A DNA stretch of 64,000 nt from the NCBI GenBank assembly GCA_964016885.1, contig OZ024741.1, positions 334,614,001 to 334,678,000 on the forward strand, in the 5' to 3' direction. The notes beneath the pieces are model-generated. The model did no database searches, had not been told where the DNA came from, and was given only the letters and a program-made list of their open reading frames with translations. Shown in pieces: positions 26,371 to 40,157 of the stretch. Made by a program: the position numbers and the translations under genes. Source of the DNA: Eledone cirrhosa (taxonomy: Eukaryota). Numbering within the stretch: position 1 is the stretch's first letter; every line of letters starts with the position of its first letter.

Positions 26371-27900
26371 ACAACAGCAGCAGTAGCAACAACAACAACA
26401 ACAACCACAGTAACAGCCGGTCTTAGTACCAGCAGCAACAACAAAAGTAACAGCACCTCTGACGACGACAAAAACAACAACAACAACAAGAAAGAAAAAC
26501 CAATCTCATTTGCAGGTATCGCAAAGAACCTGGAAACCATCCTTATAACAAATGATGAATTACAGGAAGCAAAGTAACCGGACACCGAGTAATCTGCAAG
26601 GCAGCCGAAAATATTTTCGAAACCCAACAGCACTGTACGATCAGGTACCGTACAGTAAGCACAAAACCACGTAGGGTTGAAAGATCCACAGAGGCTCAAA
26701 TACAAAAAACCTTAGGGTCTGTGTGGCAGCGGAAAACGAATATCACCCGAGGCAAGAAATATACCACCATGGACGTGCTTTTTGCCACACCCCAGGAGAC
26801 AAAGGCTCAATCGATAGTGACTCTAAGGAGCGAGGAAATGGTGTTGGTGCCCTCCTACTGCGGGAAAAAAATTGTGAGGGTCAAACTGACCCACGTCCTC
26901 CCAGGATGGCCCCTTCTTGGCTGGCCGCGTCTGTCCTCATCGGAATCGAGGACAAAACAACTATAAGTACAGAAAAAAGTACGAGAAGATTGGGTCGGCA
27001 CCTCCATTGATATGTCGATTCAAACCAACCAGGAGTGCATCGAAGCTATCCCGGATGTGATAGACTTCGATAACGGCACTCAACTGCCCATAAGTGTTGA
27101 GGACAAACGCCCAAAATGCTTTCGCTGTGGGTCGAAGACTCACCTCAGGGACTTCTGCAATGAGAAGACCCTGAGAAAGGAGAAAACTCCCCTCCTTCCG
27201 AAACCGGCTCCACTGCTACCAGCAACAGGACAGCCGGCAAGCAGGAAGGATAGGTCCGTGGCACCCATACCCACGTCATGGAAATCAAGAACAGCAGCAG
27301 CAGTGGAAGTATTAACAACAACAACAGTAATACCAACTGCAGCTGCAACAGAGACTCCACTGCAACCATCAGCAACAAGAACAAGTGAAAGAGTGGAGCT
27401 GGTACCGCTCCCCGACCTCACAGAATCGGACATGGAGTGTGAGGTGGGAGAGGGATGGCAAAAGTCGCAAGAAGGCATAAACGCAGAAGCAGCGCATCGT
27501 TGCCTTCGAAAAGGGAGGGAAGAAATGAAAAAAGGGTAAAGGCTACTGCAAAGAGACTTACAGAAGCAACACCACCAACACCATCACCATCCACACTAGC
27601 ACCACCATCACCACCGGCGGCAGCCCCACCGCCAACAACAACAACGCCTTCAACACCACCACCACAAGCACCAACATCGCAAACACAACAAAACACAAAT
27701 ACCCTGCAACAATGACAAGAAAATAGCAGAACCACACCCCACCGCCAGAAAAAGAAATGCACAGCAATAAATATACACAAGAATACTCAACCGGAGAGTA
27801 TATTCGGATATACTCACAGAAGAGCCGACGACCAGCCGAAGGGACGATTCAACGGTCCCTTCACCAGACGATCAAGTGAAAAGGGATGGAGAAACCATCC
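25969..27900 (+). pseudogene. ORF1 (gag-like) remnant of the Tx1-like LINE
   Basis: Zinc knuckle CFRCGSKTHLRDFC (CX2CX4HX4C) at ~27117; broken into several frames, with CAG/CAA low-complexity tracts. Confidence 0.75.
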
Positions 27901-27957
27901 TTCCTCTACGAGAAGTAAGGTAAGTGGTCTTTCCCATCTTTTCCACTCCATTTCAAC

Positions 27958-30900
27958 ATGACCTCACTCAGAATAGGCAGCATAAATGCGCGTGGCTTGG
28001 GGTCGTCATGGAAGCAGGGCCACCTGCTCAACCACCTCAGGTCACTAAACATAGATGTAGTTGCCATCAGCGAGACCAGAATCTCCGAAGCGCGGGCCTT
28101 CGCACCGATCTTCGGCGGCTACGATGTGTACGCATCTCCCAGCCATCCTGGATCGGGGGAGGAGTTGCCGTGCTTTTTCGGAGAGGTTTGGATCTCGCCA
28201 TACGCGCCATCTTCCTGGACCCAGAAGGTAAGTTGGTGGTGCTGGACGTGACCAGAGGAGACGGGAAAGCTATCGGGCTAGTGGCCGTCTATGCCCCGAC
28301 AGGAGCAGGGCGGCCTGATTTCTTCCGGCGTCTGGAGACCTTTCTAGAAACATCCCACTCTTTAGTGTTAGGGGCGACTGGAACGGGATCTTAGATGCAC
28401 GCTGGGACTGTGTGGGATTAGCGGATAGGGGAGGAGGGTGCAAGAGCCTCACCAACCTGCTCAGGCGTTTTGAACTGTCTGACAGGTACCGATTGGATTT
28501 CCCGAATGTGCCAAAGTGGACTTGGACAAACCGTATCGGGTCATCCAGATCATATCTAGATAGAGTATTTTGTTGGGAAATAGATAGGTCTATCATAGGC
28601 TGTCCACATTTCAAGATAGTCAGCTACACGGACCACAAATTCGTGCTCTGTGTGCTTGACTTAGATAGGCTTCATAGACGAGGACCCGGCTACTGGAAGC
28701 TAAACGCGTCCTTAACAGCGCGCAAAGCCTACAGAGACCGGATTAGCGAACTAGTTACGCGAGCGTTGACGGGGGCCATCGTCAACAACAAGTGGTGGTT
28801 TTCTCTGAAAAGAGCGATTAGAATAGAGTCCATTAGGTTTAGTAAGGCTTTAGCTATAGAGAAAAATAGAGCAGAGGGAGAATTAGTTAGAAAATTAGAC
28901 GAGGCGCTTAGCAAAGGCATCACGACCGACGTACTTGCAGCGAAATTGGCCCTTGACCAATTCTTCAATGCACAGCACAAAGGCTGCGTTGTCAGAGCTA
29001 GGGTGCGTGCTCTCAGACACGAGGGGACGAAAGCCGTTCAATGGGCCCAGTGGCGGAGGCGCGTCGTGGCAACAAAGCCATGATCCGGTCTTTGGTGGAC
29101 CACGACGGGCGCATGCTACTCGATCCCGGGAAAATGTGTGAAGCTTTTCAGCGACACTTCGCTCAGCTGTTCGAGGACAGCGGCGGGCCGGATCGCGGGA
29201 TGGATTTTAGTGTCTACCTCGACGGATGCCGCGACTCTCGGCCACTGAGGCGGAGTGTTGCGAAAAACCGATAACAGCCGCTGAAGTACGGGAGGCAATG
29301 ACTGGCTGCACAAGGGGTAAATCGCCTGGTTTGGATGGTCTGCCCTATGAACTTTACGTACAGATGCTAGACTTGTTCGGAGGCCTCTTGGCGGACGTCT
29401 ACAGCTACTGGCAACAGAACGGGAGAATTCCCAGCTCTGTAAGCCGAGGAGCTGTGGCGCTGCTGAGAAAGGATCCGAACAAGGGGGATAACATAGATAA
29501 TTTCAGGCCCATAACTCTGCTAAAGATAGAGTTCAAGATTTTGGCCAAGGTGCTAGCAAAGAGGTTGGCGCTTGTCGTTTGTGGTCTGGTGGGAGAGGCA
29601 CAGACATGCGCCATTCCCGACAGATCCACCACGACAACCTCCACCTCATGCGATACATCGTAGAGAGGGTGGCTAGGGAACCTGGCACGGGTGAGTCCTT
29701 GATCAATTTTGAACAGTGGAAAGCCTTCGATAGGGTCGACCATCGTTACCTAGCGGCAGTCCTGAAGGCGGATGGCTTTGGGCTCGTCTTCAGAGGCTGG
29801 ATCGCTGCCATTCAACATCATGCGGAACCATTCAACATCATGCGCTCGGTCCGCCAAGGATGTCTCCTCTCGTCCCTCTTGTACGTATTGACTCTCGAGC
29901 CATTACTGCACAAACTGGAAACGTTGAGTGGGGGTCCCACGCGAACTAGGATGCGGAAGATCCGTGTCAGCATATGCGAACGATGTCACCGTAGTGGTGT
30001 CGAACGCCAAACACATCGAGGTGATCGGCACTACACTAAGAGAATACGAAGCGGTGACAGGAGCAATGATCAACCAGGAAAAGTCAGTGGGCCTGCAGCT
30101 CGGCACCTGGAGAGGCAGGTCCATGCCGTACAACAGCGTTGTCGGGCACTGGACGGACGGACCGGTTAAATTGCTAGGAGTCTGGTTCGGTCCAGACATC
30201 CAGACGGACAAAAACTGGGACAAGGTGACGAGCAGGGTGGCTTCTCTCACCCAGAAATGGGCGGAGAGAAAGCTATCCTTGAAAGGTCGAGCGGAGGTGG
30301 CTAACGCGTACATCGCGTCCGTCATCTACTACAGCCTGACCGCCGGGCCTTGTCCTAAGCCCCGCCTGACTGTGCTGGAGCGTTTGCTCTTTCGCTTTTT
30401 GTGGAAGGGACGCGCTCCGATGGTCAGGCGGTCCATCTGCTGTCAACACCCGCTACGTGGAGGGTTGGGCATGCCATGGCTGATGATGCGCAGACATGCA
30501 CTCAGGCTACGACATCTCCACCTCATCCTCGACGGTGATCATGTGTTGTCGCCGTTTGCTAGACGCGTCTTTCCTCAGCTCTTCTCCTTGACGGAGCTGC
30601 AGTCCTGGGTCAAGCGAAGACCGAGAGGGAGCGCTTGGAGACTGGAATGTCTTCAGGCGCTCACAGCCCTCGACCAATCGGGCAATGTGATCGGTGGAAA
30701 CTCCACCTCGGCGTTCTATAGAGGATTAGTGGAGGGGAAGAGCAACGACGTAAATGGGGAAACTCTAGGCGTCGATGAAAATCAACTAGCCAATCTCTTC
30801 GGAAGAACTTTCGGGCCGGGGCCTATGGACAACTTCCAGAAAACCCTGGCCTGGCAATGCTACCGAGGAGCTTTGCCAATTCGGGATAGACTCTACAGGC

Positions 30901-31340
30901 ATGGAGGTACCGTCAACCGGGCATATCCGAGATGCGTGCAGGGCAACGAAACCGTCCTGCACGTACTTGTCCAATGTCTTAGCATTGCTGACTTGTGGGT
31001 TTATGTCGAACATCTACTGTCGCGTTTAGGACGGATCCGGCTATCAGCTGAGTCCATCGTGAGGATTGCCCGGCCCTCTTCCTTTAGCCGGGAAGGGCAG
31101 GCAGTTTTTATCTGTCTGGTGGCCATGGCGAAAGAGATAGTATGTTGGTCATATTTGAAAGGGCTGAAGACGAGCACTTACCTCTTCGGTGATGCTCTGA
31201 TTGACTTTTTCAAATTTCATTTGAAAAGGAAAATCAGAGTAGAGAGGGAAGTGCTCTCTTCCCAGAATTTTGTTGAAAGATGGGTGAGAGAGGCAAGAAT
31301 GGCCCGAGTGAATGGGCCTACTCTGAGTATGTGTCTGTAA
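27958..31340 (+). pseudogene. ORF2 remnant: AP endonuclease, reverse transcriptase, C-terminal Cys/His motif
   Basis: GSINARGL, VAISET, VYAP, YLDR, YTDH, GYWKLN; KSPGLDG, NFRPITLL, KAFDRVDH, VRQGC, AYAND (YADD mutated), ETVLHVLVQC; multiple frameshifts. Confidence 0.9.
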
Positions 31341-31574
31341 ATTGAAGGTGGAAAACTGGGAGAGGGCACTTGCCCTGGTGGTCAGGGTCACTGTGGCTTT
31401 TTACTGTGCTTTCCCCACAAATGTCCCCTATAGGGGAATTTTTCATTGTTATTTTTTTGTTACATCCTCTGTTTTTGTTTTTTACATGCAGAAATGTCCA
31501 TTTGTACCGTCCTGTATTTTCCTGTACTGTCTTAATGTCTACTTAATGTAAACCCTTGTGGTTAATAAAGAAAG

Positions 31575-31626
<52 letters not shown>

Positions 31627-32377
31627 GTAAGGAGGGCGGGTGGGTTGGCAGTATTGTTAGGAGACTGGACTCCATGCTTTGCAGCATAGAGTTATGACCC
31701 TTTATGATCTGAGTTCAATTCCTGCCACGGTTAACTTTGCCTTTCATCCTTACGGGGTCGATAAAATAAGTACCAATCACGCACTGGGTTTGATTTAATC
31801 GACTTTCCCCTCCCCCAAAATTACTGGCCTTGTGCTTATAGTAGAAATCATTAAGTTTACAAGTGATGAAGCAGTATCCATAGTTGGCTGTAGACTCTCA
31901 TATTTTGATTTTCACATGGTTCAATTTTCAATAAACTTAGTGTTTGAATAGTATGAGATATGAGAGATGAAGGTGCATGACTTAGTGGTTAGAGCATTGG
32001 GCTTGCAATTGAAAGGTTGTGAGTTCTATTCTCAGACTGGGTGATGCATTGTGACTTGAGCAAGACACTTTATTTCATGTTTACTCAGTTTACTCAGCTG
32101 TAGAAATGAGTTGCTACATCACTGGTGCCAAGCTGTATTGGTCATAGCTTTTGTGGAGTGGGGAGGCTGGTATGCATAGACGACTGCTGGTCTTCCTCAA
32201 ACTGCCTTGCCCGGACTTGTGCCTTGGATGGAAACTTTCTAGATGCAAATCACATGGTCATTCTTGACCGAAGGGGGTCTTTGAATATGAGAGAAAGAAA
32301 TTTAAAACCTGGATGCCCTTCTTGTTGCTAATTTGGGAGACTGGATATATGATTAACCCATGTACATGGTATTCACT

Positions 32378-33460
32378 CACATGCACATATGCATATAGAA
32401 ACACACAGAGACACACACACACATAGGCGTATAAGATCACCCACAGACACAGACACACACGCACACACATATGCATATAGAAACGCACACACAGACACAA
32501 ACACACATATGCATATAGAAACACACACACAGACACAGACACACATGCACACACATATGCATATAGAAACACACACACAGACACAGACACACACGCACAC
32601 ACATATGCGTATAGAAACACACACACAGACACAGACACACATGCACACACATATGCATATAGATACACACACACAGACACAGACGCACACGCACACACAT
32701 ATGCGTATAGAAACACACACACAGACACAGACACACATGCACACACATATGCATATAGAATCATACACACAGACACAGACACACATGCACACACATATGC
32801 GTATAGAAACACACACACAGACACAGACACACACGCACACACATATGCATATAGAAACACACACACAGACACAGACACACATGCACACACATATGCATAT
32901 AGAAACGCACACACAGACACAGACACACATGCACACACATATGCATATAGAAACACACACACAGACACAGACACACATGCACACACATATGCATATAGAA
33001 ACACACACACAGACACAGACACACATGCACACACATATGCATATAGAAACACACACACACATGCACACACATATGCATATAGAAACACAGACACAGACAC
33101 ACATGCACACACATATGCATATAGAAACACACACACAGACACAGACACACATGCACACACATATGCGTATAGAAACACACACACAGACACACATATGCAT
33201 ATAGATACACACACACAGACACACACACACATATGCATATAGAAAACACACACACACAGACAGACACCTGCATATACAAACACATGCCTCACACACAGAC
33301 AAATGCACATACAAAAACACACACACATGCATATACCAACAAACACACACTCACAGACAGATACATATGCTTCTACAAACACACATGCACACACACAGAT
33401 GCAAACACATACACACACATATGCATATACAGATATAACACACACACACACAAACAAATG
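32378..33460. repeat. CA-rich minisatellite, ~48-bp period
   Basis: acacatgcacacacatatgcatatagaaacacacacacagacacagac repeated. Confidence 0.9.
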
Positions 33461-34043
33461 TAATATTTATGCCATATTTTTAAATGCATACATTACATAT
33501 ATGAACTTTCTTCGGTTTTTCCTTCTTCATTTGTCCTCCATTTTCTCCATTTTCTTCATTTCACATTTGATCGGCTGAGGGGGAAGAAGTTTTATCAAAG
33601 CACCGCCATTTTGCAGTTGAATGCATTCCTTAATACCAATCACTTTTACTGAGCAACATTGCAGCAGACACTTTTATCATGGCACAAACAGAACACATAA
33701 AAAAATGTGTCATCTCTAAATATAGAGACCCTTTTTAAAGGCTATTTGTAACTTCACTCACTCCATTTGTCTTTCTGCCACACTGAGCACTTTGATGGTT
33801 TTCTCTTATGTTGTTGTTGTTGTTATTATTGTTGTTGTTGTTGCCGAGTGAATGGGGCCGCTCTGAATATACGCCTGTAGTTTGAGAAATGGAAAAATTG
33901 AGAGAGGGCACTTGCCCTGGTGGTCAGGGTGGCCGTGGTCTTTTGTGTGGTTTTCACCACGAGTAACCCACAGAGTTTTCCCCCCTATTGGGGAATTTTT
34001 CATTGTTTCAATTTTCATTTTTATTGTTTATATATATATATAT

Positions 34044-34571
34044 GTAAATATCTTTAAGTCGTTTGGAAGCCTCGACAATGCAAATGGGTAAATCTCCGGG
34101 TAACAAGATCCGGTGGTGGAGAGAGAGATGTAAGTGGGTGTACGTTGGGATGCGTGGTGTGTATAAGATGTGTAAGATGCGTAGAAGAATGAAGGGAAGA
34201 GTATAAAGGATAAAATTAAAATAACAACACAAGAGAGAGTTACCTTGGGAGAGATTTAATGCTCCCTATATATTTCGGATTCACATCCATCAACTGGGGG
34301 TTTTCCCGGAAAAAACCCCAGTTGATGGATGTGAATCCGAAATATATAGGGAGTATTAAATCTCTCCCAAGGTAACTCTCTCTTGTGTTGTTATTTTTAT
34401 TTTATCCTTTATACTCTTCCCTTCATTCTTCTACACATCTTACACATCTTATACACACCACGCATGTCAACGTACACCCACTTACATCTCTCTCTCCACC
34501 ACCGGATCTTGTTACCCGGAGATTTACCCATTTGCATTGTCGAAGCTTCCAAACGACTTAAAGATATTTAC
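34044..34571. repeat. 528-bp near-perfect palindrome (centre 34307/34308) of a Penelope-like pLTR
   Basis: Arms are reverse complements with a handful of substitutions; mirrored ORFs start at 34232(-) and 34383(+). Confidence 0.92.
34316..34351 (+). ncRNA. Minimal hammerhead-like motif with altered core (mirror copy 34264-34299, minus)
   Basis: CCC-CAGTTGA-T-GGA(tgtgaa)TCC-GAAA-TATA-TA-GGG; all helices intact, but the core is CAGTTGA instead of CTGANGA. Confidence 0.6.
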
Positions 34572-36929
34572 TTATTATTCCATAATGCTTCAAGCAAACT
34601 TCAATACTCTCATATATATATATATGTTTCTGTCTTTTTTTTTCGTTTCTATATAAATAATAAAAATCTTTACACGCACAAAACCCACATTGTACCGTCC
34701 TGTACCATCCTGTGCTGTCTATAATGCTTTTCTTGATGTCAGCCCTTGTGGCCAATAAAGAAATCATTATTATTATTATTATTATTATCATTATTATTAT
34801 ATGGTTATTATATTATTATTATATGGTTTCTTAAAATATTATTACTATTATTATTTTTTGTTGTTTTCTGTGCTACACAATGGTCACAAAACAGATTGAT
34901 CCCACAATCTGAAATATCTTAAAAGAGAAATAAAAATGAAGATGGGAGGAAAATAAGAAGAATTAACTATAAATATGTGGTTGTTAATCTCTTAAGATGC
35001 AAATGTAACATAAAATGGTAGAATAACTTAAATATGAGGTCTACAACTGATTTTTATTCAAACACATACACTCACACACTCACACGTGTGTGTGTGGAGG
35101 GGGGGGGGTCATATATGTGTATGTAAATATATGCATATACATATATGTGCATATGTATGTATAAATATATATGCATTTACATATATATATATATATGTGT
35201 GTGTATATATATATAAATATAAAAATAAATAAATATATATCCATCCAACCCCGGAAAATGTGGAAAACGAATGTAAAAACAATGATGATGACATACATAT
35301 ATATATATATATATATATAAACACACACAAATTTGCACTCATATATATATATGTTTAGAAAGGAAAACATAGAACACCTCATGCTTACGCAGTTTATCTG
35401 GCCTCCTACAGTTTGCATCCCAGGTTTTTTCGGGTATTTTATTATAGCGACCACAGTCCTGTCATAAAACATAAAAGCAACATGAAATGAAGCAGCTTGC
35501 TTAAGAACAGAATGCATCATTCAACCCAGGAATCAATCTCACGCCCTTTTGATTGTGAAGCCAACACCCTAACCATTTTTACACAAACCTTCAAATATAC
35601 ACATATATTCAATGGACACTGCTAATACAACTCCATACAATTTCTATCTACTAGTTGATTTGTGTAATATTTAAATATATAGTATATACTTCCAGTCAAA
35701 TATATAAGTTTGAAAGCTAAGGCAATAGAGAGGAGTTCTAGCTGGACATTGTCAAATATACAACAAGGTTCTGATATCCAAATGGCTAAATGTCAGCAGA
35801 AGGGCATCCAGGCGTCATGACTTGTATGCAGGCTCTGAGGAGGGCTGGCTTACATATACCATCTAAACATAATGTGTTGATTTGCTACCTTGGCTTATAA
35901 ATGGGGTTTGGATTTTGGCCCATTTCTTAGATATGCTTATATTCAAGTATATACAGTCATAATTTTATGGCTTATATTCAAGTATATACAGTCATAATTT
36001 TAGTAAATTCCTCAAATTAATTGAGATAGAATGTATTTCATTAGAAATGCAGTCACAAAATGATTAAATTAGTATTTATATTAATAGATTCTTAGTTCAC
36101 CAAATAATATTCTTGCTTGCTAAGTCTTTTGCTGCCATTGTTGTACTTCTTCTAGAAGTTTTGGTGGATAAGGAAGTCATGACCAGGTATACAGATACTA
36201 TTACATCAAAATTGAGAAAACTCCCTGAGCAAACTTATGTGTATGGGTAAATTCTTTATATATACACCAATAAAATATGACTATGTTTTATATCTGTACC
36301 CATGTAATGCAGTTATTACATGCAGAATTTTTGGAATGTTTTACATATTTTTAATGTTCCATCTTTCTTGCTAAGTCTTTTGCTGCCATTGTTCTTCTTC
36401 TTCTGGAAGTTTTGGTGGATAAGTAAGTCATGACCAGATATGCAGATATTATTGCATCCAAATTGAGAGATCTCCCTGAACAAACTGAGGATTGTTTTGT
36501 TCAGATTGGAATTGAACAATATCATGGTTTCCATTGGTTCAATCACTAGTTCAGTGAGTGTCTTTCTGTGTGAGTGACCAGTGTGTGTCTCTAGCCTGGT
36601 ACGGAATAAATATCACAAAAGATTTTATTTAAAGTTCACTGGTTCTGTTCTTCACTGTTTTAGCCAAGAGCCCATAGATACATATTTAAGAGCTCTGCAG
36701 CTGAGAAAATCCTTAGCAGATTTCGAATTACTGCTGTATCAAGTAAACTGGATAGCATCGAGCATCTCTCATCTTTACCAGGATCTATATTGGAATAAAC
36801 CAAAATCACCATATATATATATATATACAGAATACCCGCCTTCCCTTACATACAAAACTTAAACTACAGTCAGTAGGCACCTCTTAACCCAATATACACC
36901 CCCACCCCGCATCCCCTACTCCATCCTCC

Positions 36930-37143
36930 CACTTCCGTCCACTGTAAAGTGGTCATGTAGGTGATACAACAAAAGTACCCAGTCCACACTGTAAATGTGG
37001 TTGGTGTTAGGAAGTGAATCCAGCTGTAGAGAACCTGCCAGAAACAGTTCTGTACAAGCGAGACATGGTCACCTGACCAATCATGCCTCAAGTGGGACAA
37101 ACCCGTCCAACCCATGCTAGCATTGAAGATGGATATTAAACGA
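36930..37143 (+). mobile_element. Abundant short element usually ending in (GAT)n, probably an RTE-mobilised SINE (other copies ~22230, 38405, 41790, 42550, 49425, 50205, 53565, 59150)
   Basis: Shared ggttggtgttaggaagggcatccagctgtaga...cccatgctagcatgga..ggacgttaaa(cgatgat)n. Confidence 0.75.
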
Positions 37144-37144
37144 T

Positions 37145-38338
37145 AATTGTTTCTACTTTTGGCACAAGGCCAGCAATTCACCAGTGTATTACTGGTACTT
37201 CATTTTATCGACCCCGTAAGGATGAAAGGCAAAGTTAACCTTGGTGGGATTTGAACTCAGAATGGCAAGGGCCGTAACTCTATGCATCAAAGCATGGTGT
37301 CCGACCCTCTACCGATACTGCCAAAACGATAATGATGATATATATATATATAGAGTGTCCTAAAAAATTGTATACACACTTCAACAGCATTCTAATAAAT
37401 ATGTGTATACATTTTTTTGGACACCCTGTATATATTAATCATATCTTACATATAAAATTCTGAAAGGATCCAAGACTCACCGAAAGCACATCAGCAGTTT
37501 CTCGTTTATGGGGGCTCCCTCTGGCCCCAAACATTTTTCTAGTTTTTACCTTGGAATAATGAAGTTTGAGTGTGTAGATATTAGTTGGGAAGGTAAAGTA
37601 GCTGCCAGGAATTATAGCAAATTTTACCTATTTAAATATTTTATGACAATAGGACAGGTATGTCAAATAATACATATATGAGTTTGTGAGAGTTGGGGCT
37701 GGGAGTAAGGTTATGTATTATGATGTAGTGGGTTATATGTTTCCAAGTGACAGGATATTAAACTGTCAACACATATGGTACTATTTACATTTGTAGTGGA
37801 GTGGATTTTGGCAGCAGCAGTGGAAAATGGATTAAGACAGAGATAGAGAAAATCAGATAGAAATGAATAGAGATATATTAAGAGACAGAGAAAATTAGAC
37901 ACAGAGATAGAGATATACTGGGAGATACATATTAGAGAAAATCAGATAGATAGATAGAGATATATGGAGAGTTAGCTATATACATATATATATAATTGTT
38001 TCTACTTTTGGGCGACGCCAGCAATTATCCCAGTGTATTACTGGTACTTTATTTTATCGACCCCGTAAGGATGAAAGGCAAAGTTAACCTCGGCGGGATT
38101 TGAACTCAGACTGTAGAGGACCGTAACTCTTTGCTGTGATATATATATATATATATAATTGTTTCTACTTTAGGCACAAGGCCAGTAACTACCCAGTGCC
38201 TTACTGGTACTTTATTTTATCGACCCCGTAAGGATGAAAGGCAAAGTCAACCTCGGCGGGATTTGAACTCAGATCGTAAAGGGACGTAACTATGCTGGAA
38301 AGCATGGTGTCCGACCCTCTACCGATACTACCAATCCA
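37145..38338 (-). mobile_element. Three dominant-family SINE copies (37145-37323, 37994-38135, 38155-38338)
   Basis: Same consensus as 5298-6300. Confidence 0.85.
37353..37428. mobile_element. Tiny Tc1/mariner-type MITE
   Basis: gtgtcc-aaaaaattgtatacac...gtgtatacattttttt-ggacaccctg in a TA context. Confidence 0.65.
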
Positions 38339-38782
38339 CATATATGTATATGTATATATATAATATTACATATACATATACATCATCATCATCATCATCA
38401 TCATCAGGTTTAGCGTCCGTGTTCCACGCTTGCATGGGTTTGGACGGGGGTTTTCCCACTTGAGGCAAGAGTGGTTGTCTTGCTCGCATAGGACTGTCTG
38501 GCGGGTTTTCTACAGTTGGATGCCCTTCCTAACACCAACCACATTTACAGTGTGGGGCTGGGAGGTTTTTACCGTGTTGCCTACACGGCCACATTACAGC
38601 GTGGACTGTCTGGCGGGTTTTCTACAGCTGGATGCCCTTCCTAACACCAACCACATTTACAGTGTGGGGCTGGGAGGTTTTTACCGTGTTGCCTACACGG
38701 CCACATTTACAGCGTGGACTGTGTGTTTTTTGTCGTGACACCTACACGATCTCATTTGTTTCGGCCTGGATGTTGTGGGGCC

Positions 38783-38843
<61 letters not shown>

Positions 38844-39470
38844 TATATATATATATATATATATATATATTAGTAAAAGGAAAAGAAAATGTTGACAAAT
38901 TGTTCCCAGTGAAAAATAGTTTAATTAGGAATAAGTAAAAATTAGTATTGGTTAGTATTCAGTTTTGGTTTTAAGTTTTACCGGTTGCACATTTCTAATG
39001 CTTTTCAAAAATAATTTTGAGATAGAGCGCCCGTGATGTTTGCTCTAATCTGATTAGTTTTGGAAATTCTACCTGTTTTATGTGAAAAAAGTGGCTCCAG
39101 ATGTATGAACAAATTTTTGTGGTCAAAACAATTTTGATTGGTCGGTAGAGGTCATGTGAATGTTAAAAATTGTTTTGTGCCAAATGTAGGTTTGTCTCGG
39201 CTGATTGAGAAGTCACTGAAAAATAAGTCTTTTAAGACAAATATGTGTGTTTGTGTGTGTAGTAGTAAAGAGGTTCGTTGTTGTGATAATGGTCAGCAGG
39301 GATGTGTGTGCGAGCCGCAGCCTGCTGACAGTTCAAATGCCTATTAAGACAAGTGTGTGTGTGTGTGTGTGTCTGTGTGTGTGTGTGTGTGTGTGTGTAG
39401 CAGAGTAATTTGTGGTAGAGGGATCGATCGGTCAGTAGGAATGTGTCTGTACGTGTGTGGGGGATATTTT

Positions 39471-39505
<35 letters not shown>

Positions 39506-39583
39506 GTGTGTGTATATATATATATGTGTGTGTGTATATATATATAATAATATGTATATATATATATATATATATACTATATA

Positions 39584-39667
<84 letters not shown>

Positions 39668-39915
39668 ATTGAAGAATGAGAAGAAGGCTGACACAAATTG
39701 TCCAAGGAAATAGATAAAATCATTTTAGAGAAAGAGAGAGAGAGAGATTAAAGATGGTGGTAAATAAGAGAAGAGAAAATGATATATTAAAAGTAAGAGA
39801 AGTTTGAAATATTTGTCAGATGGTTGAAAATTTTTCCAAACAAATAGAATTGATGTGCAATTTCAATTTCATAAGTTCAATAATAATATTAAGCAAGATA
39901 GACGTATATATATAA

Positions 39916-39950
<35 letters not shown>

Positions 39951-40157
39951 TATAGTATTAAGGATACTATTTATGGTTATGTATATACTAAAACCTTTTA
40001 TAGTTATATATATTTTAAACCCTAAATAGTGAAAGACAGTAATTTATTACCATCTTATTACCAGTAAGATAAATAGCTCAATGTAACAACATCAGTTGTT
40101 TTACAGAGCAGTTATATAGAAATTACATGAATCAAAGTTCTGTTTAAATCATTTATC

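Larger units (their letters stand above)
25753..31625 (+). mobile_element. Near full-length Tx1/L1-clade LINE, frameshifted, with (ATT)n tail
   Basis: 5' UTR, ORF1 remnant, APE-RT ORF2 remnant and a 3' UTR with AATAAA; the 5' boundary is approximate. Confidence 0.88.
33843..34790 (+). mobile_element. Diverged Tx1-like 3' end split by the palindromic insertion at 34044-34610
   Basis: 33843-34025 matches the ORF2 end and first half of the UTR; 34627-34790 supplies the remaining tail; (TA)n lies at both junctions. Confidence 0.6.

Noticed and set aside
32258-33578. Long Cys/Val- or His/Thr-rich ORFs
   Set aside because: Produced by the 48-bp CA-rich minisatellite.
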